64,000 nucleotides of DNA from NCBI GenBank assembly GCA_963422375.2, contig OY729428.2:2720001-2784000 (forward strand), given 5' to 3'. The notes beneath the pieces were generated by a model. That model was given only the letters and a program-made list of their open reading frames with translations, ran no database searches and was not told the DNA's origin. The stretch comes from Bryobacterales bacterium (lineage in GTDB: Bacteria > Acidobacteriota > Terriglobia > Bryobacterales > UBA6623). Positions 43,873 through 53,972 of this stretch are shown here, piece by piece (within the stretch, counting starts at the first letter, position 1; every line of letters starts with the position of its first letter). The translations under genes and the position numbers were made by a program.

Positions 43873-46287
43873 ATGGTTTTAGGGACAAGCCTCCCCTTTC
43901 TAGACGGGCCCGACCCGTCGCCAGCGACGCGAAGTGGCTCCGCGCTGATCGGGTCGCGCGACAACTCGCTGCAGGGTGTGATCGGGCGATTCCAAGAGCT
44001 GGCAGCGCGCCCGTCGTCGCCCGTGGCAGCGATCCACAGGCGTGCAGCCCAAGCAGCCCGCTACTCCGACCTTCCAGCAACCGTCGACGAGCGCCTGCGC
44101 AAGGCCCTCGCAGCGCGAGGGATCGAGAGACTCTACGTGCATCAGGCCGCGGCGTGGGATCGCATCGCCGACGGAATGAACGTGGTGGTTGTCACCCCGA
44201 CGGCCAGCGGCAAGACGCTCTGCTACAACCTGCCCGTCCTGAACGCGGTCGCCGACGACCCGTCGGCTTGCGCCCTGTATCTCTTCCCCACCAAGGCCCT
44301 GGCGGTGGACCAGCTGCAGGAATTCGACGCGCTGGGCGACGCGCTCGGCCCGGACGTCCGGGCGTACACCTACGACGGAGACACTCCGAGCGACGCCCGG
44401 AGGGCGATCCGCCGACGCGCCAACGTCGTTCTCAGCAACCCGGACATGCTGCACGCCGGAGTCCTACCGCATCACACGCGCTGGGCCCGGTTCTTCGAGA
44501 ACCTGCGATTCGTCGTCATCGACGAGCTGCACGCCTACCGCGGAGTGTTCGGGAGCCACCTGGCGAACGTGCTCCGACGCCTCAAGCGCATCGCCAAGTT
44601 CTATGGCTCCGAGCCCCGCTTCGTGTGTTCCTCCGCCACGATCGCCAATCCCAGGGAGCTCGCCGTAGCCCTGGCTGAGGAGGAATTCTCCCTGGTCAAC
44701 GACAACGGAGCTCCTAGCGGAGAGCGGTTCTTCGTTCTCTACAACCCTCCGGTCGTCAACGAGCAGCTCGGCATCCGCCGCAGCTACATCAACGAGGCAC
44801 GCCGCGTGGCGAGGATGTTCCTCGAGCGGGGGCGCCAGACGCTCGTTTTCGCTAACAACCGCCTAGCCACCGAAGTGCTGACGCGATACCTCAAGCACGA
44901 TGTCGGCAGCCCCGTCGGCGGGCCGCCACCGGTGCGCGGATACAGGGGCGGTTTCCTTCCGCTCGAGAGGCGCGAGATCGAACGGCAGCTGCGCTCCGGG
45001 GAGATTCTGGCAGTCGTCTCCACGAACGCCCTCGAGCTCGGCATCGACATCGGATCCCTCGACGCCGTCGTCCTGGCCGGCTACCCGGGCTCGATCGCCT
45101 CGACATGGCAGCGCGCGGGCCGTGCGGGGCGTCGCAACGAGCCCTCGGTAAGCGTGCTCGTCGCCTCGTCGGCCCCGCTCGACCAGTATGTCGTGGAGCA
45201 TCCCGAATATTTCTTCGAATCGTCGCCGGAGCACGCGAACGTCAATCCGGACAATCTCGAGATCCTGCTGAGCCACCTCAAGTGCGCCGCCTTCGAGCTT
45301 CCTGTTCAGGACGGCGAAAGCTTCGGCCCGCACGACACGACCGAACTGTGCCGCTTCCTCGAGGAGACCGGGGTCCTGCACCACGCGGGAGACGCCTGGC
45401 ACTGGACCTCCGAGGCCTATCCTGCCGACGCCATCAGCTTGCGGAAGGTTTCCAGCGACAACTTTGTCGTCGTCGATGCCAGCGCCGGTGCGCGAGTGAT
45501 CGGGGAAGTGGCGTTCCCCTCGGCGCTCTCGACCCTTCACGAGAAGGCGATCTACATTCACGACGGCTCGCTCTATCACGTGGAGAGATTCGAGTACGAG
45601 GACCGCAAGGCCTATGTCCGGCGGGTCGAGTGTGGCTACTTCACGGACGCGATCGAGCATTCCCGGGTCGAGCCTCTCGAAGAATTCGGCGAAGGCGAAC
45701 TGGGCCCGGCGAGGACGACTCACGGCGAAGTCCGGATCACGCGAAGGGTAGTCGGTTTCAAGAAGATCCGCTTCCACACGAACGAGAACGTAGGCGACGG
45801 CAAGCTGTCGATGCCGGAGCAGGAGATGCACACCACAGCATTCTGGCTCCGCTTCCCGATGGAGTACCTCGATTCCCTGCCCCACTCGACCGACGAGAAG
45901 CGGGACGGCCTAGTCGGGCTGGGCAACGTGCTGCGGACCGTCGCCTCCGTGACGCTGATGTGCGATCCCCGCGACCTCGGCTTGTCCACTCTGCACGCCA
46001 GGGACGATGCCGACGACCGTCTGAATCCGGAGATCTTCCTCTACGACAACTATCCGGGCGGCGTCGGCCAGAGCGAGCCGCTCTTCCGGTTACGGCGGAT
46101 GATCGGCAGGAGGGTGCGCGACCTGCTTCACGACTGCCCCTGCAAATCCGGCTGCCCCGGCTGCGTAGGCGCTCCCGGCGAAGTGGGCGCGCGCGCCAAG
46201 GAGGTGGCGCGTCTTCTGGCCCGCTCCCTGACGGGATCCTCGCAGTTCAAGGAAGACGCCTTGGATCCCCGCTCGGAGCGCTCATGA
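43873..46287 (+). CDS. mrfA: DEAD/DEAH-box helicase with C-terminal DUF1998 (MrfA/YprA/SftH/Hrq1 family)
   Basis: SD GAGGAGG; TPTASGKT, PTKAL, DELH, SAT, STNALELGIDIG, QRAGRAGR; DUF1998 CDPRD...YDNYPGGVG...CPCKSGCPGC. Confidence 0.88.
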   Translation: MVLGTSLPFLDGPDPSPATRSGSALIGSRDNSLQGVIGRFQELAARPSSPVAAIHRRAAQAARYSDLPATVDERLRKALAARGIERLYVHQAAAWDRIADGMNVVVVTPTASGKTLCYNLPVLNAVADDPSACALYLFPTKALAVDQLQEFDALGDALGPDVRAYTYDGDTPSDARRAIRRRANVVLSNPDMLHAGVLPHHTRWARFFENLRFVVIDELHAYRGVFGSHLANVLRRLKRIAKFYGSEPRFVCSSATIANPRELAVALAEEEFSLVNDNGAPSGERFFVLYNPPVVNEQLGIRRSYINEARRVARMFLERGRQTLVFANNRLATEVLTRYLKHDVGSPVGGPPPVRGYRGGFLPLERREIERQLRSGEILAVVSTNALELGIDIGSLDAVVLAGYPGSIASTWQRAGRAGRRNEPSVSVLVASSAPLDQYVVEHPEYFFESSPEHANVNPDNLEILLSHLKCAAFELPVQDGESFGPHDTTELCRFLEETGVLHHAGDAWHWTSEAYPADAISLRKVSSDNFVVVDASAGARVIGEVAFPSALSTLHEKAIYIHDGSLYHVERFEYEDRKAYVRRVECGYFTDAIEHSRVEPLEEFGEGELGPARTTHGEVRITRRVVGFKKIRFHTNENVGDGKLSMPEQEMHTTAFWLRFPMEYLDSLPHSTDEKRDGLVGLGNVLRTVASVTLMCDPRDLGLSTLHARDDADDRLNPEIFLYDNYPGGVGQSEPLFRLRRMIGRRVRDLLHDCPCKSGCPGCVGAPGEVGARAKEVARLLARSLTGSSQFKEDALDPRSERS

Positions 46288-47582
46288 CCGGCATTTCGCT
46301 CCGCGACCTCGAGAGACTCCGGCGACGGATCAACTCTCCCGCGCAACAAGCGCGGGGGACGCCCCGCGGACCGGACGGCGGCCCCTTCGGCTCGAGCCGG
46401 AACACCAGTACCGGGCAATTCGGGCTTGAAGGGCGCGAGCAGCGCAATTCCAAGGGGCGCTTCCTAGTGCAGGAACGCGTGTTCGAGGACAGCGCCAAGC
46501 ACGGCCGGTTCCCGATGGCGAGCCTCCAGACGAGCCCGGCCAGCGGACTCCGGGACATCTCTTCCGGCGGGATCGGCCCGATCGATCCCCGGCGCTGGGC
46601 ATACCTCGACACGGAGGCAACCGGCCTGGCCGGAGGCACGGGCACCTGCGCTTTCCTTGTCGGCGTCGGCGCGGTCGAGCCCGGGGCCTTCCGCGTCAGG
46701 CTCTTCCTGATGCGGGACTACGACGAGGAGCCGGCGATGCTCGAGGCGCTCGCGGACCACCTCTCCCGGTTCGACGCGCTGATCACCTACAACGGCAAGG
46801 CCTTCGACAGCCCGCTGCTCGAGACTCGCTTCCTGATGAACCGCCAGCGCAACCCTCTGGAGCGGCTGCAGCACGTGGACATCCTGCATCCGGCCCGCCG
46901 GATCTGGCGGGAGCGGATGCCGAACTGCCAGCTGGGCACGCTGGAAGCCGAGATCCTCGGCTACGAACGCAGCGGCGACATCCCGGGAGCGCTGATCCCC
47001 CAGCGCTTTTTCGACTTCCTGCGCAGCAAGCGAGGCTCGCTGCTGGCACCGATCATGCGGCACAACGTCATCGACATCGTGTCGCTGGCGTGCCTCGGCT
47101 CGGTAGTGATGCAAGCCTTCGCCGCGCCGGAGAGGGCGCCGCTGCGCCACGGCCAAGACCTGCTCGGGCTGGCCCGCTGGCTGCGCGACTCGGGCGAGCG
47201 GCCGCGGGCCCTGCAGCTCTACCGCAAGGCCGTTCGGTCCGGCCTGCGGGGCTACGGCCTGTTCGCAGCCATCTGGGAATCGGCCGGCCTCGAGCGCCGG
47301 GCAGGCAATCGGGCCGGGCAGGTGAAGCTGCTGCGCGAGCTCTCCGGATGCGACAACCCCTTCCGGGCCCGGGCGCTCGTCGAGCTGGCCAAGCACTACG
47401 AGCACCGGGAAAAGGACTGCGATCACGCCCTCCAGCTGACCCGCAGCGCCAGTCGGCTCGACCCATCCGACGCCCTGGACCACCGCGAGGGCCGGCTCGT
47501 TCGCAAAATCGGCGCGCGCGAATCAGCGGATGGCGGCCCTCCCCGCGACAAGGGCGCGTTCGATCTGCACTTTCTCCCTTAG
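46284..47582 (+). CDS. mrfB: RNase H-like DEDD exonuclease with TPR-like tail (YprB/MrfB family)
   Basis: ATGA overlap with the helicase; YLDTEATGLAGGTGT.AFLVG, TYNGKAFD, HVDILH, DIPG, HNVIDI; C-terminal ELAKHYEH. Confidence 0.85.
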   Translation: MTGISLRDLERLRRRINSPAQQARGTPRGPDGGPFGSSRNTSTGQFGLEGREQRNSKGRFLVQERVFEDSAKHGRFPMASLQTSPASGLRDISSGGIGPIDPRRWAYLDTEATGLAGGTGTCAFLVGVGAVEPGAFRVRLFLMRDYDEEPAMLEALADHLSRFDALITYNGKAFDSPLLETRFLMNRQRNPLERLQHVDILHPARRIWRERMPNCQLGTLEAEILGYERSGDIPGALIPQRFFDFLRSKRGSLLAPIMRHNVIDIVSLACLGSVVMQAFAAPERAPLRHGQDLLGLARWLRDSGERPRALQLYRKAVRSGLRGYGLFAAIWESAGLERRAGNRAGQVKLLRELSGCDNPFRARALVELAKHYEHREKDCDHALQLTRSASRLDPSDALDHREGRLVRKIGARESADGGPPRDKGAFDLHFLP

Positions 47583-49283
47583 AAGTTCCGCCAGTTCCCG
47601 GGCGTTGCCCGCCTTCTCGGCGTCGGAGATGCGCCGGCGCACGGCGCGATGCCGATCCTCATCGACCTGCCGCCGCAGGGCGCCCAGCGCCTCGCGGCCC
47701 TCCCGGATCGAAGGTACCGGCCGGTCCCGGTCGAGGACCAAGCGGGCGAGCCGGTCGCGGTCGTTGGCCTCGAGCCTGCCTTCGATCGCGGTGTACTGGA
47801 AGTCCCCTCCCGCACCCGCCGCCTGCATGGCAGCCAAGATCTGGCGGCTCGCCAGCCCGTCCGCGGAAACCTCGACGGCGGCGGGGAGCAGCTCGGCGCG
47901 GGCCTCGCGGTCGTTTACAAGCAAGACCAGCAAGAGACGCTCGCTCGGCGACAGGCCGTCCTCGACCTGGGCCGGCTCGGCGCCGGGCCGCCGACGCTGG
48001 TTCGACCCCTTGCGCAGGCGGTCCAAGGCCACGCCCTGCTCCAAACCGAGATGCTCTGCGAGTTCGCTGACGGTTGTGGCGCGCTGGATCTCGTCCGGCA
48101 GGAGCAGCACAGACTGCAGCAGGCGCTCGAAGGCCGAGGCCCGTCCCTCGGACGTGTCGAGGTCAAACTGCGTGCGCGAGCGGTCCAGCAGCCAGTAGAA
48201 GTAGCGCGGGGCCCGTTCGACCTGCTCCTGATAGGCCTCGCCCCCTCGCGCCTTGCAGAACTCGTCCGGATCCATGCCGCCCGGCAGCTCCAGGACGCGC
48301 ACGTTCATCCCGTCGCGCAGCAGGAGCTCGACCGAGCGCTCGGCCGCGGCCTGCCCGGCACGGTCGGAATCGAAGTTGACCACGACCGTGTCGCAGTGCC
48401 TCCGGATCAGCCCGATCTGGGTGGCGGTGAGAGCCGTGCCGCAGGTCGCCACCGCATTGCGGACGCCGGCCCGCCAGACACCGATCACGTCCATGTAGCC
48501 CTCGACCAGCACGGCCATCTTCTGCTGGCGGATCGGCACCCTCGCCCGGTGGAGGTTGAACAGGACGGCGTTCTTGCGGTAGATGGGCGTTTCGGGGGAG
48601 TTCAGGTACTTCGGCTGCTTGTCGGCCTGCCGGACCCGCCCGCCGTAACCGATCAGCCGGCCCGCGTCGGAGTGGATGGGGAACATCAGCCGGTCGCGAA
48701 ACCGGTCGTACACGGAGCGGTCCCTCTCGGACTCGCCCACCAGGCCGGACTCCAGCACCTGCCCCCGCTTGAAGCCCCGGCCGCGGATGTGCCCGAGGAG
48801 CGCGTTCCCGCCGGGGGCGTAACCCAGGCCGAACTCCTCGATTTGCTCGGCTGCCAGGCCGCGGGCGCGGAGATACGCCAGCGCCTCGGCCCCGGCCTTG
48901 GAGCGCAGCTGAGCCTGGTAGTACTTCTGCGCGATCTCGTGGAGCCGGAACAGCGCGTCCCGCTTGCGAGCGGCGGCGTCCGCCCCGGGCCCCTTGCCCG
49001 ACCGCGGCATCTTCTTGCCCTGCTGCTCGGCGAGCGACTTCAGGGCCTCGAAGAACGTCAGGCCCTGCATCTCCATCAGGAAGCTGAAGACATCGCCGCT
49101 CTTGCCACAGCCAAAGCACTTGTAGAACTGCAGGCCGCCGTGGACCGAGAAGGACGGCGTCTTCTCGGCATGGAATGGGCAGAGGCCCGTGTGGCGGTCA
49201 CCGCCCTGGCGTCGCAGGCGCACATGCAGGCCCACTACCGACACGATGTCGGCCGCGGCCTTGACTTCCTGCGCGAAGTCCAT
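47523..49283 (-). CDS. dnaG: DNA primase
   Basis: CHC2 zinc finger CPFHAEKTPSF...CFGC, DRFRDRLMFPI, KYLNSPET, TOPRIM VEGYMDV, FDSD.AG, DPD. Confidence 0.97.
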   Translation of the reverse strand: MDFAQEVKAAADIVSVVGLHVRLRRQGGDRHTGLCPFHAEKTPSFSVHGGLQFYKCFGCGKSGDVFSFLMEMQGLTFFEALKSLAEQQGKKMPRSGKGPGADAAARKRDALFRLHEIAQKYYQAQLRSKAGAEALAYLRARGLAAEQIEEFGLGYAPGGNALLGHIRGRGFKRGQVLESGLVGESERDRSVYDRFRDRLMFPIHSDAGRLIGYGGRVRQADKQPKYLNSPETPIYRKNAVLFNLHRARVPIRQQKMAVLVEGYMDVIGVWRAGVRNAVATCGTALTATQIGLIRRHCDTVVVNFDSDRAGQAAAERSVELLLRDGMNVRVLELPGGMDPDEFCKARGGEAYQEQVERAPRYFYWLLDRSRTQFDLDTSEGRASAFERLLQSVLLLPDEIQRATTVSELAEHLGLEQGVALDRLRKGSNQRRRPGAEPAQVEDGLSPSERLLLVLLVNDREARAELLPAAVEVSADGLASRQILAAMQAAGAGGDFQYTAIEGRLEANDRDRLARLVLDRDRPVPSIREGREALGALRRQVDEDRHRAVRRRISDAEKAGNARELAELLREKVQIERALVAGRAAIR

Positions 49284-49296
49284 GCGAAGCCGCTCC

Positions 49297-49318
49297 CGCC
49301 CTCCGCCGCGGGAGGGCG
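49297..49318 (-). promoter_or_regulatory. 8 bp hairpin between the DUF1080 stop and the dnaG start
   Basis: CGCCCTCC-N6-GGAGGGCG, ending 13 nt before the dnaG ATG. Confidence 0.4.
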
Positions 49319-49319
49319 C

Positions 49320-49982
49320 CTAGTCCAGCACTTTGATCCGGATGTTCCTGTACTTCACCACGCTGCCGGGATCGTGGCCCTGCAAGGCGATCGTGCCGGC
49401 ATCCAGCTTGCGCTCGGGAAAGTCCATGCCCCTGCCGTTGGCCAGCGGGCGGACTCCGTCCCAGTCGCCGGGCTGCACCCAGTTGGTGACCAGGTCGCCG
49501 TCGACATAGACCTTGACGCTGTTGCCCCGCACCACGATGTGCTCCGTGAACCAGACGTCGTCCTTCACCGGCGGGACGAGGTTGTCCGAAACGCCGTACA
49601 GGCCGCCGGTCTTGCGCGGGTCCCTGGCAAACGTGTTGTTCACCTGAACCTCGAAGCCCTTGAGCGGCCAGCCCTTCTCTTGGTAGGCGGTGTGGAAGTA
49701 GATGCCCCCGTTGGAGTTGTTGCCGGCCATCACGTCGACCTTCAGCTCGAAGTCGCGGAACGACCCGCCGTTCAGCTCGCCCGCGTAGAACAGATGCGCC
49801 CGCGGCCCGTTGGCCACGATCGAGCCGTCCTCGATCTGGAAGCTGGACGGGTTCTCCTTGCTCAGCTGCCAGCCGTCGAACGTCTTGCCGTCCCAAATCT
49901 CGACCCAGCCCGGTTCGGCGGCCGCGAGGGGAGCCGCTGCCAGCAGGACGACGAACGGCAGCGAGATAGTCAGTCTTGCCAC
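49320..49982 (-). CDS. DUF1080 (3-keto-disaccharide hydrolase family) secreted protein
   Basis: Signal peptide; WDGKTFDGW, DFELKVD, NSNGGIYFH, GFEVQVNN, KTGGLY, GTIALQGHDPGS.V.YRNIRIK. Confidence 0.9.
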   Translation of the reverse strand: MARLTISLPFVVLLAAAPLAAAEPGWVEIWDGKTFDGWQLSKENPSSFQIEDGSIVANGPRAHLFYAGELNGGSFRDFELKVDVMAGNNSNGGIYFHTAYQEKGWPLKGFEVQVNNTFARDPRKTGGLYGVSDNLVPPVKDDVWFTEHIVVRGNSVKVYVDGDLVTNWVQPGDWDGVRPLANGRGMDFPERKLDAGTIALQGHDPGSVVKYRNIRIKVLD

Positions 49983-49988
49983 GCAGTT

Positions 49989-49994
49989 ATTGTA
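49989..49994 (-). promoter_or_regulatory. Putative -10 box (TACAAT) 6 nt before GTG 49982
   Basis: TACAAT aactgc GTG; no SD. Confidence 0.5.
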
Positions 49995-50050
49995 CAGGAC
50001 GTCCCTAGCGGCCCGCCGCCCGTCGCGGCGCCGAGACGGGCCGCTTCAGT

Positions 50051-52975
50051 TCAGGCCCCGGCGAACGCCTTGTTGAAGATCGCCCGCACCGAGCCCATGG
50101 TATTGCGGACCAGATCGGGCAGGGGCTGCGCCATCGTCTCGGGAGGGAGCCAGCGGGCCATCAGCTCCGCCAGGAGCTGCCGCTGCCATTCGGTGGGCGG
50201 GAGGGCATGCGCGGACGCCCCCTTGCTCACGCGCCCGCCGTGGTCCAGCGAGCGGAAGACCCGGGTGGCCGCGAGCAGGGCGTCAAGGTCCGCCTCGAAT
50301 GCGGGATGGGTCTTGCGGATGATCTCGATCCGCTGCGGGGTATTGAGGGACTCGTAGAAGGATTCCGCATGCAGCAGGCGCCAGTACAGCAGCACGAAGT
50401 CGATGTCGTAGTAGCCGCCGGGCCCCGAGCGCAGCGGCTTGGACTCCCCCTGCTCCGCCTCGAGCCGGTCGCGCATCCGCACTAGCAGCGCGGCCAGGTC
50501 GTCCCGGTGCGCGAAGTGGCGCCAGAGCACCTCCTGCAACCGCGCCAGGAACGCCTTGCCGGCGTCCGTGTCCCCGGCGATGGTGCGGGCCTTCATGTAG
50601 GTGAGCGCCTCCCACGATTCGGCCTCGCCGGAAAAGTACGCCAGGAAGCGCCCCTCGGTCTGCACCAGGTCGCCGTCCCGTCCAAGCGGCCGCAAGCGCG
50701 GGTCGATGGTGAACATCTGCCCGTCGGCGCTGTAGCTGCTCACGATGCCGATGACGCGCTTCGCCACGTCCGTCCAGAACTGGGCGCGCCCGCTCTCGCT
50801 GTCGGGAATCACGAACACGAGGTCGGCATCGGATCCCAGGTCGAACTCCCGCATCCCCAAACGACCGAGGGCGATGATCCGCAGCGCACTGAAAGGATCG
50901 ACTTCCTCGCCGGCGTCGGCGGCCACCTCCCGGACGGCCAGCACATGGGCCGCGCGGAGGATCCACTCGGCCAGGTCGCTCGAGGCGGACAGCGTCGCGA
51001 ACACGTCCTCGCCCCGGCAGATGCTGCGGGTCTGGATCGCCAGCATGCGGTGGCGGAAGAATCGTCGCAGCCCGGACACCGCCTCGTGCGGAGCCGCGCC
51101 GGGCTCGAGCAGGAGCTCGATCCCGGGATGCATCGAGCGCGGCCCGCCGTTCGCCGCCGACGCCTCCGCTGCCCGACCGGCGGGAGCCGCGATCACGCCC
51201 ACGTCCCCGGGGAACTGGAGCAGGTAGCTGGCGAAGTACGAGCTGTATTCCATCAGCTCGCCGATATCGGGAATCAGTTCCGGCTTCTCGGACAGCTCCT
51301 TCAGCACCTCGGGCATGACCACGATGCGACCGAGGAACTGCGCCAGCGCCCGGTTGCCCCAGCGCAACAGCAACGTGTCGAACTCGTCCGCCAGCGCCTC
51401 GGAGTGCCGGCGGATCTGCGGCAGATGCGCGCGCCAGACCGACGACGCCACCGGCACGACGCTCGCGCCCTCGTCCGGCGAGCCCGGCGCGACAGCAACG
51501 GCGGCCGGCTCGGGACGCTGGCTGCGAATGACCCGGTGGTAGATCTCGCTCACCGCCTTGCGGCGCTCCTGGATCTGCGCTAGGAAGACCTGCGCGGCGT
51601 CCGCTCTAGGGCGGACGCCCATCTGGATCGCCAGGCGGCGCATGGCGTCGTCCCCGCGCGGCAGCTCGTGCGTCTGGCGGTTCTCCGCGAGCTGCAGCAG
51701 GTGCTCTATCTTGCGCATGTAGGTGTAGGCGTTGAACAGCCTGCCGTAGTCCCGGGGGGCGAGATACCCCCTCTCCTTGAGCCGATGCAGGGCGTACATC
51801 GTGCCGCCGCTCCGCAGGAATCTGCCCTGCCCGCCGTACAGGCGCTGCAGGCACTGCACGAGAAACTCGACGTCGCGGATCCCTCCCGGATCGAGCTTCA
51901 CGTCGAGCGCCTTGCCGCGGTTGCGGCGCTGCTTCTGCATGCGGTCGCGCGTCTCGGAGATCTTCTCGATCTGCGAGAAGTCCGTGGTGGTGCGGTAGAT
52001 CTGCGGCGTGATCGTCTCGAGAAACTTGCGCCCCAGGCGCACGTCGCCCGCGACAGGCCGGGCCTTGAGGAGCATTTGCAGCTCCCAGTCCCGAGCGCGG
52101 TTGAAGTAGTAGTGGACGGCGGACGAGAGCGGAATGACCAGCTCGCCAGCGCTCCCCTCGGGCCGCAGGCGCAGGTCCACGCGATAGATAAAGCCGTCCG
52201 GAGTGGTGCTCGACAGCAGGTTGGTCAGCCTGAGAGCGAGCTGGCGAGTGAAGTCCTGATTCGACGTCACCACCGGGCCAGCGGTCTCGCCGTTCCCGGT
52301 GTGGATATACACCAAGTCGATGTCGGAGCTGTAATTGAGCTCGCTGCCGCCGAGCTTGCCCATGGCGAAAACCACGAAGTTGCAGAGGATCTGCCCCGAT
52401 TCCACCTCGCACAGCGGCCTGCCGAAGCGATGCACCAGCTGCTGGCGGATGTGGTCGTGCGCACCTTGGATCGTGACGTCAGCCAAGTTCGACAGTTCGA
52501 GCGCGATGTCCGCCAGCGGGGCCACTCTGAGCAGGTCGCGCATCGCGATGCGCAGCATGTGCTTGCGCTTGAACCTGGCGAGCGCCGGCGCCACCTCGGC
52601 GTCGGTCGCCCGCGCCGCGAACGAGCCTAGGTCGGAACGCAGTTCGCCCGTCGGGATGGTCCGCTCGAGGTTCTCCGGGTCGAGTACCCAGGCGAGCAGT
52701 CGGGGACTCGAGAGCAGGACGTTGGAGAGGTAGCGGCTGTTGCCGAACACGGTCAGGAGGGCGTCGATCGCCCTGCCCGCGAAATCGGCCGGCCGAGGTT
52801 CCCACGGCAGCTGGCGATAGAAATCGACGAGGCGCTGGAGAGCGGCGAGCGGATCAGGGAGCGCAGCGAGGAGCGGGGGCACTTTGTCCGCCGCCGTGGC
52901 CGGCACCCTCTGCCGGAGCGTGTCGAGCAGCGAAGCGATGCGCGCCTCGGTTCGAGCATCCATTTGGTAGGTCAT
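50051..52975 (-). CDS. glnE: Bifunctional glutamine synthetase adenylyltransferase/adenylyl-removing enzyme
   Basis: Two nucleotidyltransferase domains: MGKLGGSELNYSSDIDL...RVDLRLRPEG...KLDPGGIRDVEF and LGRLGMREFDLGSDADL...IDPRLRPLG...GGYYDIDF. Confidence 0.92.
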   Translation of the reverse strand: MTYQMDARTEARIASLLDTLRQRVPATAADKVPPLLAALPDPLAALQRLVDFYRQLPWEPRPADFAGRAIDALLTVFGNSRYLSNVLLSSPRLLAWVLDPENLERTIPTGELRSDLGSFAARATDAEVAPALARFKRKHMLRIAMRDLLRVAPLADIALELSNLADVTIQGAHDHIRQQLVHRFGRPLCEVESGQILCNFVVFAMGKLGGSELNYSSDIDLVYIHTGNGETAGPVVTSNQDFTRQLALRLTNLLSSTTPDGFIYRVDLRLRPEGSAGELVIPLSSAVHYYFNRARDWELQMLLKARPVAGDVRLGRKFLETITPQIYRTTTDFSQIEKISETRDRMQKQRRNRGKALDVKLDPGGIRDVEFLVQCLQRLYGGQGRFLRSGGTMYALHRLKERGYLAPRDYGRLFNAYTYMRKIEHLLQLAENRQTHELPRGDDAMRRLAIQMGVRPRADAAQVFLAQIQERRKAVSEIYHRVIRSQRPEPAAVAVAPGSPDEGASVVPVASSVWRAHLPQIRRHSEALADEFDTLLLRWGNRALAQFLGRIVVMPEVLKELSEKPELIPDIGELMEYSSYFASYLLQFPGDVGVIAAPAGRAAEASAANGGPRSMHPGIELLLEPGAAPHEAVSGLRRFFRHRMLAIQTRSICRGEDVFATLSASSDLAEWILRAAHVLAVREVAADAGEEVDPFSALRIIALGRLGMREFDLGSDADLVFVIPDSESGRAQFWTDVAKRVIGIVSSYSADGQMFTIDPRLRPLGRDGDLVQTEGRFLAYFSGEAESWEALTYMKARTIAGDTDAGKAFLARLQEVLWRHFAHRDDLAALLVRMRDRLEAEQGESKPLRSGPGGYYDIDFVLLYWRLLHAESFYESLNTPQRIEIIRKTHPAFEADLDALLAATRVFRSLDHGGRVSKGASAHALPPTEWQRQLLAELMARWLPPETMAQPLPDLVRNTMGSVRAIFNKAFAGA

Positions 52976-53072
52976 ACGCCCCAAGACGCCAAGTTATCGT
53001 ATCCGAGGCCCGCGTCGGAGCGGGGCCGTCGTGAGAGAATACAGCTCGGACGGCCGAGGCCCCGAACCGACT

Positions 53073-53882
53073 GTGATCACGCGACGAGCGTTCTGCGCGA
53101 TAAGCGCGACGGCGGCGGTCAGCGCCGAGACGAGGGCCGAGACGAGGCAGGAGCGGGCGCGACGGCTGGTGCGAGAGGCACTCGATGCCGTCGGCGGGCA
53201 GCAATTCCTCGACATTCAGACGCAGGTTCGCGCCGGGCGGGCGTATTCGTTCTACAACCGCCAGGTCCGGGGCCAGGCCCGGATCACGATTTACGACCGC
53301 TTCGACCCGATGGATCCGGGCGCCGACGGCACCTGGCTGCCGCTGAGGCGCCGCGAGGTCTACACCGAGAAGGGCGACTATTACGCCCTCTTCCTGAACG
53401 GCGACGGATTCGAGGTGACCTACAGGGGCGCCGTGCCGCAGCCCGAGGATTATATGGAGCGATACCGGCTCTCGAGCCGCCGCGACATCTTCTTCTTCAT
53501 GCGCTACCGCATGGACGAGGATGGGCTGTACTACTACTACAAGGGCACGGAGATCATCGACAACGTGCCGACGGACGCCTTGGACATCGTCGATGCGGAA
53601 GGCGAAGCGATCTCTGTGAACTTGCGGCAGTCCGACGGCCTGCCTGTCCAGCAGCGATACCTGCGACGGGATCCCAAGACCCGCATCCCGTTCGAGGAGA
53701 AATCCGTTTTCGGGCGCTACCGCCCGGTCGGCGAGACGCTGCTGCCGTGGATCGTGCGACGGGAGCGCGACGACGAGCGCGTTTTCGAGCTGTACGCCCA
53801 GAGCTACCAGATCGACCAGCCGCTTTCCGACGACCTGTTCCAGCTGCCGAAGGATCTTCCGCTGCTGCCCCCCAATCCGTAG
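53073..53882 (+). CDS. Exported hypothetical protein, possible LolA-like fold
   Basis: TRRAF Tat-like signal; ALDAVGG N-terminus; beta-rich; C-terminal IDQPLSDDLF. Confidence 0.65.
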   Translation: MITRRAFCAISATAAVSAETRAETRQERARRLVREALDAVGGQQFLDIQTQVRAGRAYSFYNRQVRGQARITIYDRFDPMDPGADGTWLPLRRREVYTEKGDYYALFLNGDGFEVTYRGAVPQPEDYMERYRLSSRRDIFFFMRYRMDEDGLYYYYKGTEIIDNVPTDALDIVDAEGEAISVNLRQSDGLPVQQRYLRRDPKTRIPFEEKSVFGRYRPVGETLLPWIVRRERDDERVFELYAQSYQIDQPLSDDLFQLPKDLPLLPPNP

Positions 53883-53972
53883 CGCGCTGCCGTCCCCGAT
53901 CCACCTCGCGGACCGTCGCCGGCCCTCGGACCGCGGCCCCTCGCGCACGCGCCGACGACTGGGAAGAACAGG

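Noticed and set aside
43873..46287. DUF1998 helicase as a DISARM/Druantia defence component
   Set aside because: It is a full helicase-DUF1998 fusion coupled to a YprB-type exonuclease with host-like GC, and no drmA, methylase or PLD genes are nearby. This fits MrfAB repair.
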